A stretch of DNA of 64,000 nt from Candidatus Poribacteria bacterium (lineage in GTDB: Bacteria; Poribacteria; WGA-4E; PCPOR2b). Where the stretch lies: contig OZ242326.1 in NCBI GenBank assembly GCA_965208325.1, forward strand, positions 854,725 to 918,724, read 5' to 3'. The notes under the pieces are model-generated. The model saw nothing but the letters and a program-made list of their open reading frames with translations. It made no database searches and was not told the origin of the DNA. Both the position numbers and the translations under genes were made by a program. Below, piece after piece: positions 1-9,880 of this stretch (positions are counted from its first letter, which is position 1; each line of letters starts with the position of its first letter).

Positions 1-1227
1 AGCAGCGGTGACAGACACCCGCCAGCGGGTTCATTATTGGAAGAGTGCACCGCCAAGGTAGTCGGTGTTGATGAGTTCGATTGCAGCAAACGGCTGGGTC
101 TGTTGCACATGGCATTTCCCTTGAAAATGATGTCCCAACCTGACGGTCATTTAACCTCTTGTGACATGCTCCACACAATGGCAGGCGCAATTATTTTTGA
201 TGTTTATGAAAATCAGGATGCCCGGCTAGTTTCCTTGAATATCCCGGAGAAGGTAATCCAAACCTTTCCGGGGCCTGCGCACGGCATGAGAGGAATTCGG
301 CAGCTTACGGGATTTCCGTCCGCCCAACCCGCTTTTGGCACAATCCTAAAACCGACCGCCGGAATTACTCCGAATGAGGTTGGCCAGCTTGTAGAAGAAG
401 TAGCGAGATGTCCTCTATTTCTCTTCGTAAAGGAAGACGAAAACCTCTACCCCAACCTAGATTATTCCCCGGCCGCCGAACGCACACGACAAGCTGTGGA
501 CGCCATTGAGCGCGCCCAGGATGAGCGTGGTGGACTAGGACTCATTTTCGCACCGCATATCAGCGGTGCGCCACATGAGATTTTGGAAACGGTACATGCC
601 GTGCTAGATGCGGGTTCCAGCGGTGTTATGTTCAGCGAGACATTTGCAGGCGGAACTGTTCGCATGGTGCGCGAAGCCACAAAAAACCTAAGTACGCCCC
701 CAATCATCTATGGCCACAACGCGGGAATTGGCGTAAAGACGCGTGCAATATGGCGCGAGATTATCGATCTGCTAGCACGGCTAGACGGAATTGATTTACG
801 CCAGACATCGCCGGTACGACCGGGAACACCATTTTTGCGACCTTACGGCGCAGAATGGGAGGCATCCGAGGAAATTCTCACCCGCCGGTTGTCTGGTATT
901 CACCCAACCGCAATCGTTCGTGCAGGTTCACTAGATCAGGGCAACATTTGTATCAATCTGGCGGACGCCGAGAAACGCGGACGCCGCGAAAACGTCATGT
1001 TTGTGTCGGGGTCCGCAATTAACTCCATCAAAAATTCAGCAGGCAAAACCGACCCAAGAATTGGCGTGGAAGCGATGCTGCAAGCTATAGAGGTTCATGA
1101 CTCGAATGAATTACGGGACGTACCAATGGAGGATCACGTCGCAGCGCTGATGGCGATTGCAGAACACAAACAGCTCAAGGCTTTACGCGAATCGCTGCGT
1201 CAACGGTATCCCGGTAAAACAGTTTAA
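1..1227 (+). CDS. RuBisCO large-subunit-like protein (form IV RLP-like), 5' truncated by window edge
   Basis: Frame 1 is open back to position 1, so the N-terminus is missing. Motifs 'GTILKPTAGITP' (RuBisCO 'CTIKPKLGLS' region, with the second Lys replaced by Thr) and 'FLFVKEDENL' (the carbamylated-Lys/metal-ligand motif 'FTKDDEN', K/D/E conserved). The K177-equivalent loss argues for an RLP rather than a carboxylase. Confidence 0.6.
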   Translation, partial: SSGDRHPPAGSLLEECTAKVVGVDEFDCSKRLGLLHMAFPLKMMSQPDGHLTSCDMLHTMAGAIIFDVYENQDARLVSLNIPEKVIQTFPGPAHGMRGIRQLTGFPSAQPAFGTILKPTAGITPNEVGQLVEEVARCPLFLFVKEDENLYPNLDYSPAAERTRQAVDAIERAQDERGGLGLIFAPHISGAPHEILETVHAVLDAGSSGVMFSETFAGGTVRMVREATKNLSTPPIIYGHNAGIGVKTRAIWREIIDLLARLDGIDLRQTSPVRPGTPFLRPYGAEWEASEEILTRRLSGIHPTAIVRAGSLDQGNICINLADAEKRGRRENVMFVSGSAINSIKNSAGKTDPRIGVEAMLQAIEVHDSNELRDVPMEDHVAALMAIAEHKQLKALRESLRQRYPGKTV

Positions 1228-1261
1228 CCTCGTCGCTGACCAATTACTTCAAATTATTATC

Positions 1262-2335
1262 ATGAGCAGAGAAACACGACGCTTGCGAATCGGCGTATTG
1301 GGGTGCGGTCCGGTCGCGCAGATTGCACACCTTGACGCCTGCCGCAAAGCCCGCAACGTAGAACTATACGCTATCTGTGATGTTGCCGAGGACTTACTAA
1401 AAAAAATGTCGGCAGTCCATGAACCGCGAGTCGTCTATCGAAATTATGATGACATGCTCGATGACCAGCAGGTAGAGGCAATCATCATTGCGGCGGCAGA
1501 CCAATTTCACGTAACTCTTTGCCGTCAGGCGGTCGATGCGGGAAAACATGTATTCATCGAAAAACCCCTCGGTGTAACTGTTGAGGAATGTGAAGATTTG
1601 CTTCGTCGGATTCAAAACACCGGGCTAACGCTTCAAGTAGGTAACAACAGGCGTTTCGATCCTGCAATAGACCACGCACACTCATTCATCAAAGAGGAAA
1701 TAGGACAAATCATCGCGCTTAAGTCGTGGTATTACGATTCGACCGACCGTTATACCATGACCGACAACTTACAGCCTATCCCTGTGACTAGCGTAAGCGT
1801 GAAACGTCCCGAAGGTAATCCAAAGGCGGACAAATACCAATATTTCATACTCGGACACGGCAGCCATTTAGTGGACACCGCGCGTTTTCTGGGCGGAGAG
1901 ATTTTGAGTGTTCATGCCCGGTTTCTTGAACGGTTTGGGAGCTACTGTTGGTTTGTGAGCGTTGACTTTACAAACGGCAGCTTAGGACACTTCGACTTAA
2001 TCATTGCCATACGCGGGGATTTTGAGGAGGGGTTTCAGGTTTTCGGCGAATATGGCAGCGTCCGGGGAAGAATTTACCTGCCGTGGTACCACAAGTCTGG
2101 CCACGTTGAATGCTTCTCGGTTAAGGATGGATTGTTTCGCCGCCCACTGGGGGCGGACGCCTACACCTACAAACTACAAATCGAAGGTTTCGCAGACACA
2201 ATCCTTAATGGGGCTCCTATGCACGGTGCAAGTGTTGAGGATGGCGTCGCTGCTATGCGGGCGATGGTTGCTATTGCCCGTTCAGCAAAAACCGGCGAAA
2301 AGGTACGGCTATCGGATGTCACGGGAGGTGTCTAA
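1262..2335 (+). CDS. Gfo/Idh/MocA family NAD(P)-dependent oxidoreductase
   Basis: ATG at 1262 sits just after the upstream stop. N-terminal Rossmann 'RIGVLGCGPVAQIAHL', 'EKPLGVTVEECEDL' consensus, about 357 aa. Confidence 0.75.
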   Translation: MSRETRRLRIGVLGCGPVAQIAHLDACRKARNVELYAICDVAEDLLKKMSAVHEPRVVYRNYDDMLDDQQVEAIIIAAADQFHVTLCRQAVDAGKHVFIEKPLGVTVEECEDLLRRIQNTGLTLQVGNNRRFDPAIDHAHSFIKEEIGQIIALKSWYYDSTDRYTMTDNLQPIPVTSVSVKRPEGNPKADKYQYFILGHGSHLVDTARFLGGEILSVHARFLERFGSYCWFVSVDFTNGSLGHFDLIIAIRGDFEEGFQVFGEYGSVRGRIYLPWYHKSGHVECFSVKDGLFRRPLGADAYTYKLQIEGFADTILNGAPMHGASVEDGVAAMRAMVAIARSAKTGEKVRLSDVTGGV

Positions 2336-2569
2336 TGCAAATCTCCGTATCGGGTTCACGTTAAACTAGCTTGAAGACATTAACAAGAATCAAACAATCA
2401 CGACAGTCGGCAAATATGATTGTTATTCGACGTCATTACATGGCCTCACCGAACGCTTGAAATGGTGAATCTGGAGAGTTGATAGCTGCCGTATTACATT
2501 GAATTCAGCGGAGACATCGGGAAATCGTCCGATAAGATTTTAACCACATATACTAATTGGTGTCCTCTA

Positions 2570-4171
2570 ATGTGCTTCCAACGACCGGCTAGAAATTGTG
2601 CGCGTATTGAAGAGCGGAGTCGCCTGAGCTTGTATCCAACACTGGGGTACGTCCTTTCGGTAATTTTGATTGGGGTGGTGCTCACTACGAATTTAGCTTT
2701 TGCGGGCACAGCCGGGACGGAGCATTTAGTGAAACGACACTTCGAGCAGGGGGTGCATTTTGTTGAAATTGGCGTATACGACCAAGCCCTCGCTGAGATT
2801 CAAAAAGTGTTAGAACTCCAGCCGAATAATAGCGAGGCGTATTGCTTTCTTGGCGACGTGTATCAATACCAGGAGATGTATAATGAGGCGGCGGACGCCT
2901 ATCAACGAGCGCTTACACTCAATGGATCAATTCAAACACGTGGGATAGCGAACTGGTGTCTGGGCATCATCTACAATAAACAAGGTAAATTCTTAGAGGC
3001 GGAGAAATACGGAAAGGAAGCCGTTTCATTGCTTCCAGACGCGGCTTGGACTCACTATAGATTGGGCAACATCTACACACAACGCGGGAAATTAGACGAA
3101 GCAACTGGCGCGTATCAAAAAGCGATTCAATTGAATCCGGAACTAGCCGAAGCATATCGTGGACTTGGGCGTACTGCGCTCATGCAAGATGATCCAGAGA
3201 CCGCAATTCAATATTACCACAGCGCAGTTCAGCGAAACCCTTATGAGGAAAGTGCATACTACAATCTCGCCAAAGCGTACCGGCGCGCAAATCAATTTGA
3301 ACAGGCAAAATCCCAGATGGAGTTATTCAGGGAGGTTAAAGCGTACCAAGATGCAGTCCAGGACTATCGAAAGAAGCTGAAGAATAACCCTTCTAACGTC
3401 AGTTTGTACGCGGAATTGGCGAAGGTTCATCTCGAAATCAATAACATTGACGCAGCCATCCAAGAGTTTAATATCGTGACATCTTTGTCCCCTGCGCTTG
3501 CACTCGGACATTACAATCTTGGGGCGCTCTACATGCAAAAAGGCGAGGTACAGCCAGCAATTGAGGCATTTCAAAAAGCAATTGAATTGGACGAAAACGA
3601 CACCGAACCGTACATTCGTCTCGGATGGATTTTTGCCAGCCAGAAAAAGTTTGATCTCGCAAAGTTCTACCTTCAAGGTGCACTTGAACGCGATTCAAGG
3701 TTGTGGGAAGCTTATCAGGGTTTGGGTGAAATTTATGCTCAAGAAGGCGCCCTGAACGACGCGATCGCGGCGTTCAAGGCGTTGACAGAAATACAACCCA
3801 AGTCCGCCGCGGGCTGGCTGCGGCTAGGTACGATACAGGTTAAAGCCAAACAGTTCGACGAAGCTGTACATGCATTCCAAACGGCTATCCAAACGGATCC
3901 CGACCTGCCCGATTCCTATAATAATCTGGCATGGCTTTACGCCGACCGGAACATGAATCTAGCCCAAGCTGTGACATTAGCAGAGAAGGCGGTTGCATTG
4001 AATCCGTCAGGTTCAAATCTTGACACACTTTCCTATGCCCACTACAAAAACAGAAATTATCCAGAGGCAGAGCATATGATTCAGCGCGCCCTTGAAATCG
4101 AACCCAACAGGGATCAATACCTCAAACTCTTGAAAGAAATCCAAAACGCACGGAAGATTAACGGTAAATGA
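2570..4171 (+). CDS. TPR-repeat protein with N-terminal transmembrane anchor
   Basis: Hydrophobic segment 'LGYVLSVILIGVVLTTNLAFA' followed by more than 10 tandem 34-aa TPR-like units (W-LG-Y-A-F-P pattern: 'AYCFLGDVYQYQEMYNEAADAYQRAL', 'AYRGLGRTALMQDD...'). Confidence 0.7.
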   Translation: MCFQRPARNCARIEERSRLSLYPTLGYVLSVILIGVVLTTNLAFAGTAGTEHLVKRHFEQGVHFVEIGVYDQALAEIQKVLELQPNNSEAYCFLGDVYQYQEMYNEAADAYQRALTLNGSIQTRGIANWCLGIIYNKQGKFLEAEKYGKEAVSLLPDAAWTHYRLGNIYTQRGKLDEATGAYQKAIQLNPELAEAYRGLGRTALMQDDPETAIQYYHSAVQRNPYEESAYYNLAKAYRRANQFEQAKSQMELFREVKAYQDAVQDYRKKLKNNPSNVSLYAELAKVHLEINNIDAAIQEFNIVTSLSPALALGHYNLGALYMQKGEVQPAIEAFQKAIELDENDTEPYIRLGWIFASQKKFDLAKFYLQGALERDSRLWEAYQGLGEIYAQEGALNDAIAAFKALTEIQPKSAAGWLRLGTIQVKAKQFDEAVHAFQTAIQTDPDLPDSYNNLAWLYADRNMNLAQAVTLAEKAVALNPSGSNLDTLSYAHYKNRNYPEAEHMIQRALEIEPNRDQYLKLLKEIQNARKINGK

Positions 4172-4212
4172 AACACCCATTATTATAACGCCGGGAGGTT
4201 GGGGATTGAACG

Positions 4213-6033
4213 TTGCAAACGCAGAAGGTTTGGGGACCGCTCCAGTCGAGTAAATTGGATTCAACAGCCAATTCTAAATGGCATTTGCCGTTCCAGGCGA
4301 TGGTTTCAATAAGTTCTGCTACATTGCTCAAGCCACCGAAACAAACCTCCAATTCACTGCATGCGTTTACCTTCATACTCGTATGTACGCTCTTTTGTCC
4401 TTCCTCTGCAAACACCCTCCAATCGAACGCTGGCTTCATCAATATAGCGGCCGACGCTGGGATTGATTTTGAACACACCGACGGCAAGAGTGAATTGCGT
4501 CTCTTCAATGAATACCTCGGTGCGGGCGGCGGTTTTTTCGACTATAACAATGACGGACATCTAGACATCTATCTCGTAAACGGCGCGCTTCAAACCGATC
4601 AGCGCAAACACATCCAATCGTCCATTCCGACAAACGCCCTGTATCGAAATAACGGAGATGGTACGTTTTCTAATGTTACAAGCTCAACTGGTGCAGGCGA
4701 CACCGGCTACGGCGTTGGCGCCGCAGTCGGCGATTATGACAACGACGGAGATTTGGATTTATATGTGACAAATTTTGGTGCCAATGCCTTCTATCGCAAT
4801 AATGGAGACGCGACCTTCGAAGAGGTGTCATTAAACGCCGGCGTTGCAAATTTACAATGGGGGACTAGCTGTGCGTTTGCCGATGTGAACAATGACGGCT
4901 ACCTCGACTTATACATTTCGAACTATGCGGATTACGCCATTGAACGGGACAAACGGTGCGTTATCAGAGGAATATGGCAATACTGCGGTCCAGGTACGTA
5001 TCCGCCTGATACAGATGTCCTTTATCATAACAACGGTGACGGCACATTCTCTGATGTGTCGAACACAAGCGGGGTTTTGAACGTGCCAGCCTATCACGGC
5101 TTAGGCGTGGTTTTCGGCGATTACGACAACGACGGTGATCAAGATGTCTATGTGGCAAATGATCAGGATGCAAATTTCTTATTTCGGAATCGCGGAGATG
5201 GGGCATTTGACGAGGTGGCGTTAGCGACAGGCGTTGGGTATAGCGACATGGGTAAGGAGGAGGCGGGGATGGGAACCGCTTTTGGCGATTACGACAATGA
5301 CGGCATGCTGGATTTGACGGTGAGCAATTTTCAAAATGAAACCAATACGTTGTATCACAACCGAAGCGGAGAATATTTTACCGATGAGACGATAACATCC
5401 GGAATTGGCGAGGTGACGTATAGCTACCTAGGGTGGGGAATTTCTTTTTTCGACTATGACAACGACGGCTACAAGGACGTATTTGTCGCAAATGGGCACG
5501 TTTTGGATAACATCGCTGAAATCGATCGTTCCACAACGTACCCCCAGCAGAATTTGCTGTTTAGGAACCTTGGGGACGGCACATTTGCCGATGTTACAAA
5601 TCAGGCGGGGTCAGGGTTGGAGCTCCGCAAGGTCAGCCGCGGCGCCGCCTTTGGAGATTACGATAACGACGGCGACATTGATATCTTGATTACAAATTGG
5701 AATCAAACAGCCGATCTGTTACGAAATGACGGAGGAAATCAGAATAACTGGGTGCAGTTCAGAGCGGTTGGCGTAAATAGCAATCGATCGGCAATTGGGG
5801 CGCGAATCAAAGTTACTTCGGGAAAATTGTCGCAATACGCCGAGGTCCAGTGCGGCGGCAGTTACCTGTCGTTCAACGACCTGCGCGTCCATTTCGGACT
5901 TGGTAAGTCAGAAAAAGTAGATTTCATTGAAATTCGATGGCCAAGCGGGAAAATTGATAGCGCAGATAATCTGCCCGTAAATCAACTGTATGTCGTAACC
6001 GAAGGGCATGGACTATCGCAATATCAAGACTGA
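4213..6033 (+). CDS. FG-GAP repeat / ASPIC-UnbV (CRTAC1-like) secreted protein
   Basis: Six or more 'FGDYDNDGxLDLYV' FG-GAP/calcium-binding repeats plus a C-terminal UnbV_ASPIC motif 'QCGGSYLSFNDLRVHFGLG'. The start codon is uncertain; the N-terminal region is hydrophobic. Confidence 0.7.
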   Translation: MQTQKVWGPLQSSKLDSTANSKWHLPFQAMVSISSATLLKPPKQTSNSLHAFTFILVCTLFCPSSANTLQSNAGFINIAADAGIDFEHTDGKSELRLFNEYLGAGGGFFDYNNDGHLDIYLVNGALQTDQRKHIQSSIPTNALYRNNGDGTFSNVTSSTGAGDTGYGVGAAVGDYDNDGDLDLYVTNFGANAFYRNNGDATFEEVSLNAGVANLQWGTSCAFADVNNDGYLDLYISNYADYAIERDKRCVIRGIWQYCGPGTYPPDTDVLYHNNGDGTFSDVSNTSGVLNVPAYHGLGVVFGDYDNDGDQDVYVANDQDANFLFRNRGDGAFDEVALATGVGYSDMGKEEAGMGTAFGDYDNDGMLDLTVSNFQNETNTLYHNRSGEYFTDETITSGIGEVTYSYLGWGISFFDYDNDGYKDVFVANGHVLDNIAEIDRSTTYPQQNLLFRNLGDGTFADVTNQAGSGLELRKVSRGAAFGDYDNDGDIDILITNWNQTADLLRNDGGNQNNWVQFRAVGVNSNRSAIGARIKVTSGKLSQYAEVQCGGSYLSFNDLRVHFGLGKSEKVDFIEIRWPSGKIDSADNLPVNQLYVVTEGHGLSQYQD

Positions 6034-6079
6034 ACTCTGTATATTTATTGTAGCCGGGAACTTCACCGTTCCGATTCGG

Positions 6080-6955
6080 TTATCGCGGCCAACGGTAAGG
6101 TTGAGCCCCCTGTGAAAACTTGAGTGCAAACTCCCACCTTTGGCACCACGTCGTGTAATCGGTCTGTAGCGAATCCGGTCGTGACTGGCTTCGCATCAAG
6201 AATGCAGGATAATAGGGGCGCCCCGTCGGTTGATAAGCGTCGTGGTAGCGTAAGTCAAAACTCCATCGCACCGTGTCTGTTTTGTTCAATAGCGAGTGGT
6301 GCATCGTGTAGTTGTGGAATAGGAGTATACCGCCAGCCCGAACCGGAAGCGGTATTGGTTCTATTTGAGGGCGTTCTTCAAGCGGTATATCCAGTCCATG
6401 GGGCGAAAAAACGTGCTTCCGAAGCCCTTGTTTATGGCTACCGGGTACCACTTCAAGACAACCATTATCCAAGGTCACATCTACGATGGGTATCCAAATT
6501 GTTAGGATAAAAAACGGGTCGGTTTCAGGCCAACAGACACCCGCGTCCTGATGCCACGGGGTCGGCCCCTTAGCGATTTTGCCGTGCGGTAGTGTAGCTC
6601 GGATGTGTTGTATGGGGTTGCACAGAATCTCCGACCCAACGAAGGATTCCGCCAGATCCAAAATTTTGGGGTTTTTTAAGAAGTTGAAGGACGCCTCGCC
6701 GCGTGCTTGCATGATGTCCAAATTGTCAGCAATCTCTGGGGCTTCTTCAGCTAAGCAAACGAGTCGGCGCGTAAATGGTTCATTTTCGTGCAGCGAGCTA
6801 ACTCGTCCTTCGGCATAATACCGCCGCGCACGTTCATCAATGATAGCGGAATACTCCTCGATGACCGGCTGCAGGTCGTCCTCATCCAGCCAATCCTCTA
6901 GCAATAGAAATCCGTTTTCATAAAAAGACGAGACTTGCGATTCCGTTAAATGCAT
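6080..6955 (-). CDS. phytanoyl-CoA dioxygenase (PhyH) family Fe(II)/2-oxoglutarate oxygenase
   Basis: 291 aa. The N-terminus 'SQVSSFYENGFLLLEDWL' is typical of the PhyH family, with His/Asp motif 'WHQDAGVCWPETDP' and C-terminal 'GILLFHNYTMHHSLLN'. Confidence 0.65.
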   Translation of the reverse strand: MHLTESQVSSFYENGFLLLEDWLDEDDLQPVIEEYSAIIDERARRYYAEGRVSSLHENEPFTRRLVCLAEEAPEIADNLDIMQARGEASFNFLKNPKILDLAESFVGSEILCNPIQHIRATLPHGKIAKGPTPWHQDAGVCWPETDPFFILTIWIPIVDVTLDNGCLEVVPGSHKQGLRKHVFSPHGLDIPLEERPQIEPIPLPVRAGGILLFHNYTMHHSLLNKTDTVRWSFDLRYHDAYQPTGRPYYPAFLMRSQSRPDSLQTDYTTWCQRWEFALKFSQGAQPYRWPR

Positions 6956-7169
6956 GATAATCGTGTCCTAACGTAACAACCTAAAGTCCGCGCGTCTTAA
7001 TCTTCAGCAGTCACCTTCAACAGATTGCGTGCGAGTTGCAGGAAACCCAAACAAGACAATCTCGACCTCGGACACCGCCGCAACGAAAGTAACCGCGCAA
7101 CGCGGTTCTTCGCTTTTGCTCGATTGAAAGAATCAATATCAGATTGCCGCTGAAATATCGGGTTCTATA

Positions 7170-7967
7170 CTAATCCCATTGAATTACACCTTGATTCCCC
7201 TTCAATGTGACGGTCGGCGTCATCAATACCTCGCCTTCCTTTATATCAGGCATCCCAATCGGATCTAAAGCATGTGCAATTCTGCGGGAGAGGTGTTTCC
7301 CCAAATCTGCCTCCATCTCACTATCGGTCTTAAATGTAACCTGCCGCCGCTGCTCTGTTTGATAGGCATACCAATACTTGATATAGCCTCTGATTGAATC
7401 ATTGAATATCAGTTGTCCGGAATTCGTATCAATCACCTTTATCCAAGCGCGCATGTACGCACTCAGCCGTGTGCGAACAAAGGTTGCGGATCCTGATATC
7501 CCTGCTTGCCTCCCTAGCCGCTGGAGCAGCGTGTTATAATCTTTTCTAGCAAAGGTCGGCTCATCCAGCTTTCCAACCACAATCAGATTTGCGTTTAACT
7601 CTCTCCCTACTTTTGCGGCTAATGCAGAATCCTCAAACATGTGACTCAGAGTTACGCCCATCTCTTCGAGCTTCGATGCAACCGGGTTTACACTCTTCGA
7701 CTGATCATAAACGAACTGTATTTCTTTGTCTGCATTCTTGAACTTCAAATCGAAGTTTTCTGCCACCCGAATCGGAACCCATCTGCCAAGTTTTTCAGCC
7801 ATCTCCGCGATAAACGGAGCAATCGCAACTCCTTGCGCCTGTTCAATAGGAGGAGGAGTGGTGATTTTTTCACCTTCGATCGCTTTAGTGCAGCCAGCAA
7901 CTATAACAAGACCCGCCAAAATCAGAAAAACTTGAAACGGAACAGAAACCATCAACGCTCTCTTCAT
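7170..7967 (-). CDS. hypothetical lipoprotein
   Basis: Signal peptide with lipobox 'LVIVAGC'. No recognisable catalytic motif. Confidence 0.5.
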   Translation of the reverse strand: MKRALMVSVPFQVFLILAGLVIVAGCTKAIEGEKITTPPPIEQAQGVAIAPFIAEMAEKLGRWVPIRVAENFDLKFKNADKEIQFVYDQSKSVNPVASKLEEMGVTLSHMFEDSALAAKVGRELNANLIVVGKLDEPTFARKDYNTLLQRLGRQAGISGSATFVRTRLSAYMRAWIKVIDTNSGQLIFNDSIRGYIKYWYAYQTEQRRQVTFKTDSEMEADLGKHLSRRIAHALDPIGMPDIKEGEVLMTPTVTLKGNQGVIQWD

Positions 7968-9088
7968 GATTCAGTTTCACTCCTTACCTTAAATGAATAA
8001 AATGCGAACTCGCTTTTTTGGAAACGCACAGATTATAGCACAGTTAGATTCCTATGTCAATCATCTCCATGAAAACTAAAAAAAAATGTAGGGCAGGTAC
8101 TGAACCCGATCCTAATCATGTGGAGTACCAGACAGAATTCTACAACAAAAGATATTTGAGCATTAGTCTCAATCCTTTCACCAATAGGGGTGACACAATT
8201 TTTGTCATCTGTACAGATTTGTTTACTACGCCTCCACGCCTGATTTGGTGCGGGTTTTCGCAACCTTCGCGCACAATTCGCCGGAATTCTGTAAATAAAA
8301 TGTTACACCTATTTCCATACTCGGTCAGAACGTTATCCCCTAGACCAAATAATTTCAAACTGCCCGGATGCCATGGTACATGCGGATTTACGAGTCCAAA
8401 CCGAGTCTAAATTGAAGCGGAATGCTGGATTTGGCATATATTTTGCGATGTAAAACCTATATTTTAAGTAATGGATTAAGCCCAATAGTAGTGTTCTGTC
8501 TAGTGATACCTAAGGGGTTACAATAGCATCATTTAGGCGAAAATGTAAACGTTCGATACTACATGGGCTTCACTAAATGAGGGTTGACTCAACGGGGGTG
8601 ACGACTTGAGCGCTAAACGCAAAACACAAAGATATTTTCGCAAGATAATTAAGCGGTACCTAAAGCGGCAAAATCCTAGGATGCAGGTAATATACCGTAA
8701 GACAACCGCAAACTACTAATCGCCGCGAGAGATTTCAAGTAAAGATTTAAAATGGCGTATGCGGATAGCTAGAGCATCTTCAGATGGTTATAAAGGCTGA
8801 CTTCAACTGTTCTAATTTGCCGCACTTCTTTCTTTCAGCAAGCATAAACTCCAAATCAACCTACAAGATAAAACGCAATGGACTCAATACTGAAATGAGT
8901 GGCGAAGATGGAGCTATAAAGGTTCGCAGTAGCGCAATATGTTGTACGTTTTTGCGCCAATTATCATACTAGGCGTCGTACAAGCAGGTTAAGAATGAAT
9001 TGACGTGCAATCGATTGCGTTAATACAAAATGAACTGCGTAACCGCATGCATGCGTCAACCGCGAAAACATGTCGCATCAATCACATT

Positions 9089-9880
9089 TTACTTACGGCT
9101 AAAGCCCATAATTCCTATGATACCGAGCAATGCTAGATTTGGGAATAGCAGCGGCGCAAGTATCGGTGCGCCGTGGAGAAAGCTCTCTCTTACGCTTTCA
9201 GCGGGCGCTGCGAGATTCGCCAGCAGGTGCAAATAGAAGCCGACAACGCCCGCCAAACCGTTCAGCGCCAAGATTAACACGCAGAGCGCAAGAAACGGTG
9301 CATTGCGCGGCTGCACGATTGCCGTCATCAAGAAACTGACAGCCATGGCGCTTGCATACACAGGAATCCACTCGCGCCAATCGAAAAATCCGTTTTGAGC
9401 ATGGTCACAGAGCGACAGAACGAAATTGCCAAGAAATCCGACACACGCCATAACCAGCACCCATCTACCCCATTCTAGTGACTCTTCGTGGACCGTATGG
9501 TGCATGATTAACAGCAAACCAATGCCGGCAAAAGAGAGCGGCGCAATGAACGGCGCAGTGTACACCAGACTCTGAATGGTGAAATCGACGAAGAACTGGC
9601 TATCAAGATGATACAGCATACCTCCCACGCCGACAAAAATGGACACCCAACCAACGCCAACGCCTGTTAGCCGGTTCACCTGTGTGCTTCCCATGAAGCG
9701 TGCAACCAACAGCAGCGGTACGGCGGCAATCGAAACAATGAACGGTATCCATTCCGCTCTGTGTGCGAAGGCATTTATAGAGTGTGCGATGTAAACGTCG
9801 ATAGCCAAAAAAGCTAGGTTAATGGCGATAAAACACTCCAATAACACTGGACACTTATCCAGCAGCCTACGGTTTTGCAT
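9089..9880 (-). CDS. polytopic membrane protein (about 8 TM, conserved His), putative partner of the octaheme cytochrome
   Basis: Multiple hydrophobic helices with His inside or next to helices ('YIAHSINAFAH', 'MLYHLD', 'MHHTVHEE', 'LCDHAQNG', 'FYLHLL'). The likely ATG at 9880 overlaps the cytochrome stop at 9867-9869 by about 14 nt (an alternate TTG at 9904 is possible), suggesting translational coupling. Confidence 0.5.
   Translation of the reverse strand: MQNRRLLDKCPVLLECFIAINLAFLAIDVYIAHSINAFAHRAEWIPFIVSIAAVPLLLVARFMGSTQVNRLTGVGVGWVSIFVGVGGMLYHLDSQFFVDFTIQSLVYTAPFIAPLSFAGIGLLLIMHHTVHEESLEWGRWVLVMACVGFLGNFVLSLCDHAQNGFFDWREWIPVYASAMAVSFLMTAIVQPRNAPFLALCVLILALNGLAGVVGFYLHLLANLAAPAESVRESFLHGAPILAPLLFPNLALLGIIGIMGFSRK

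Noticed and set aside
462-707. Antisense and shadow small ORFs (e.g. 462-707, 1397-1615, 3323-3676, 4158-4508, 11438-11902, 21037-21567, 21067-21777, 24497-25030, 29226-29615, 30420-30998 and many others)
   Set aside because: They lie entirely inside longer ORFs with clear family signatures on the opposite strand or in another frame. They are low-complexity or Arg/Ser/Pro-rich, typical of GC-rich shadow frames.
37-1227. Bona fide CO2-fixing RuBisCO (form I/II/III)
   Set aside because: The second Lys of the 'KPK' motif is Thr ('LKPT'), and the segment length from this motif to the C-terminus is short (about 300 aa). Both favour an RLP.
1157-1261. N-terminal extension of the Gfo/Idh/MocA ORF (ORF track start 1157)
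   Set aside because: It overlaps the 3' end of the RuBisCO-like gene in another frame. The ATG at 1262 directly precedes the Rossmann motif and gives a typical family length.
8054-8410. 118-aa ORF in the AT-rich gap
   Set aside because: No start context, no motif, and unusual composition. It is treated as non-coding, and the gap itself is reported as a finding.
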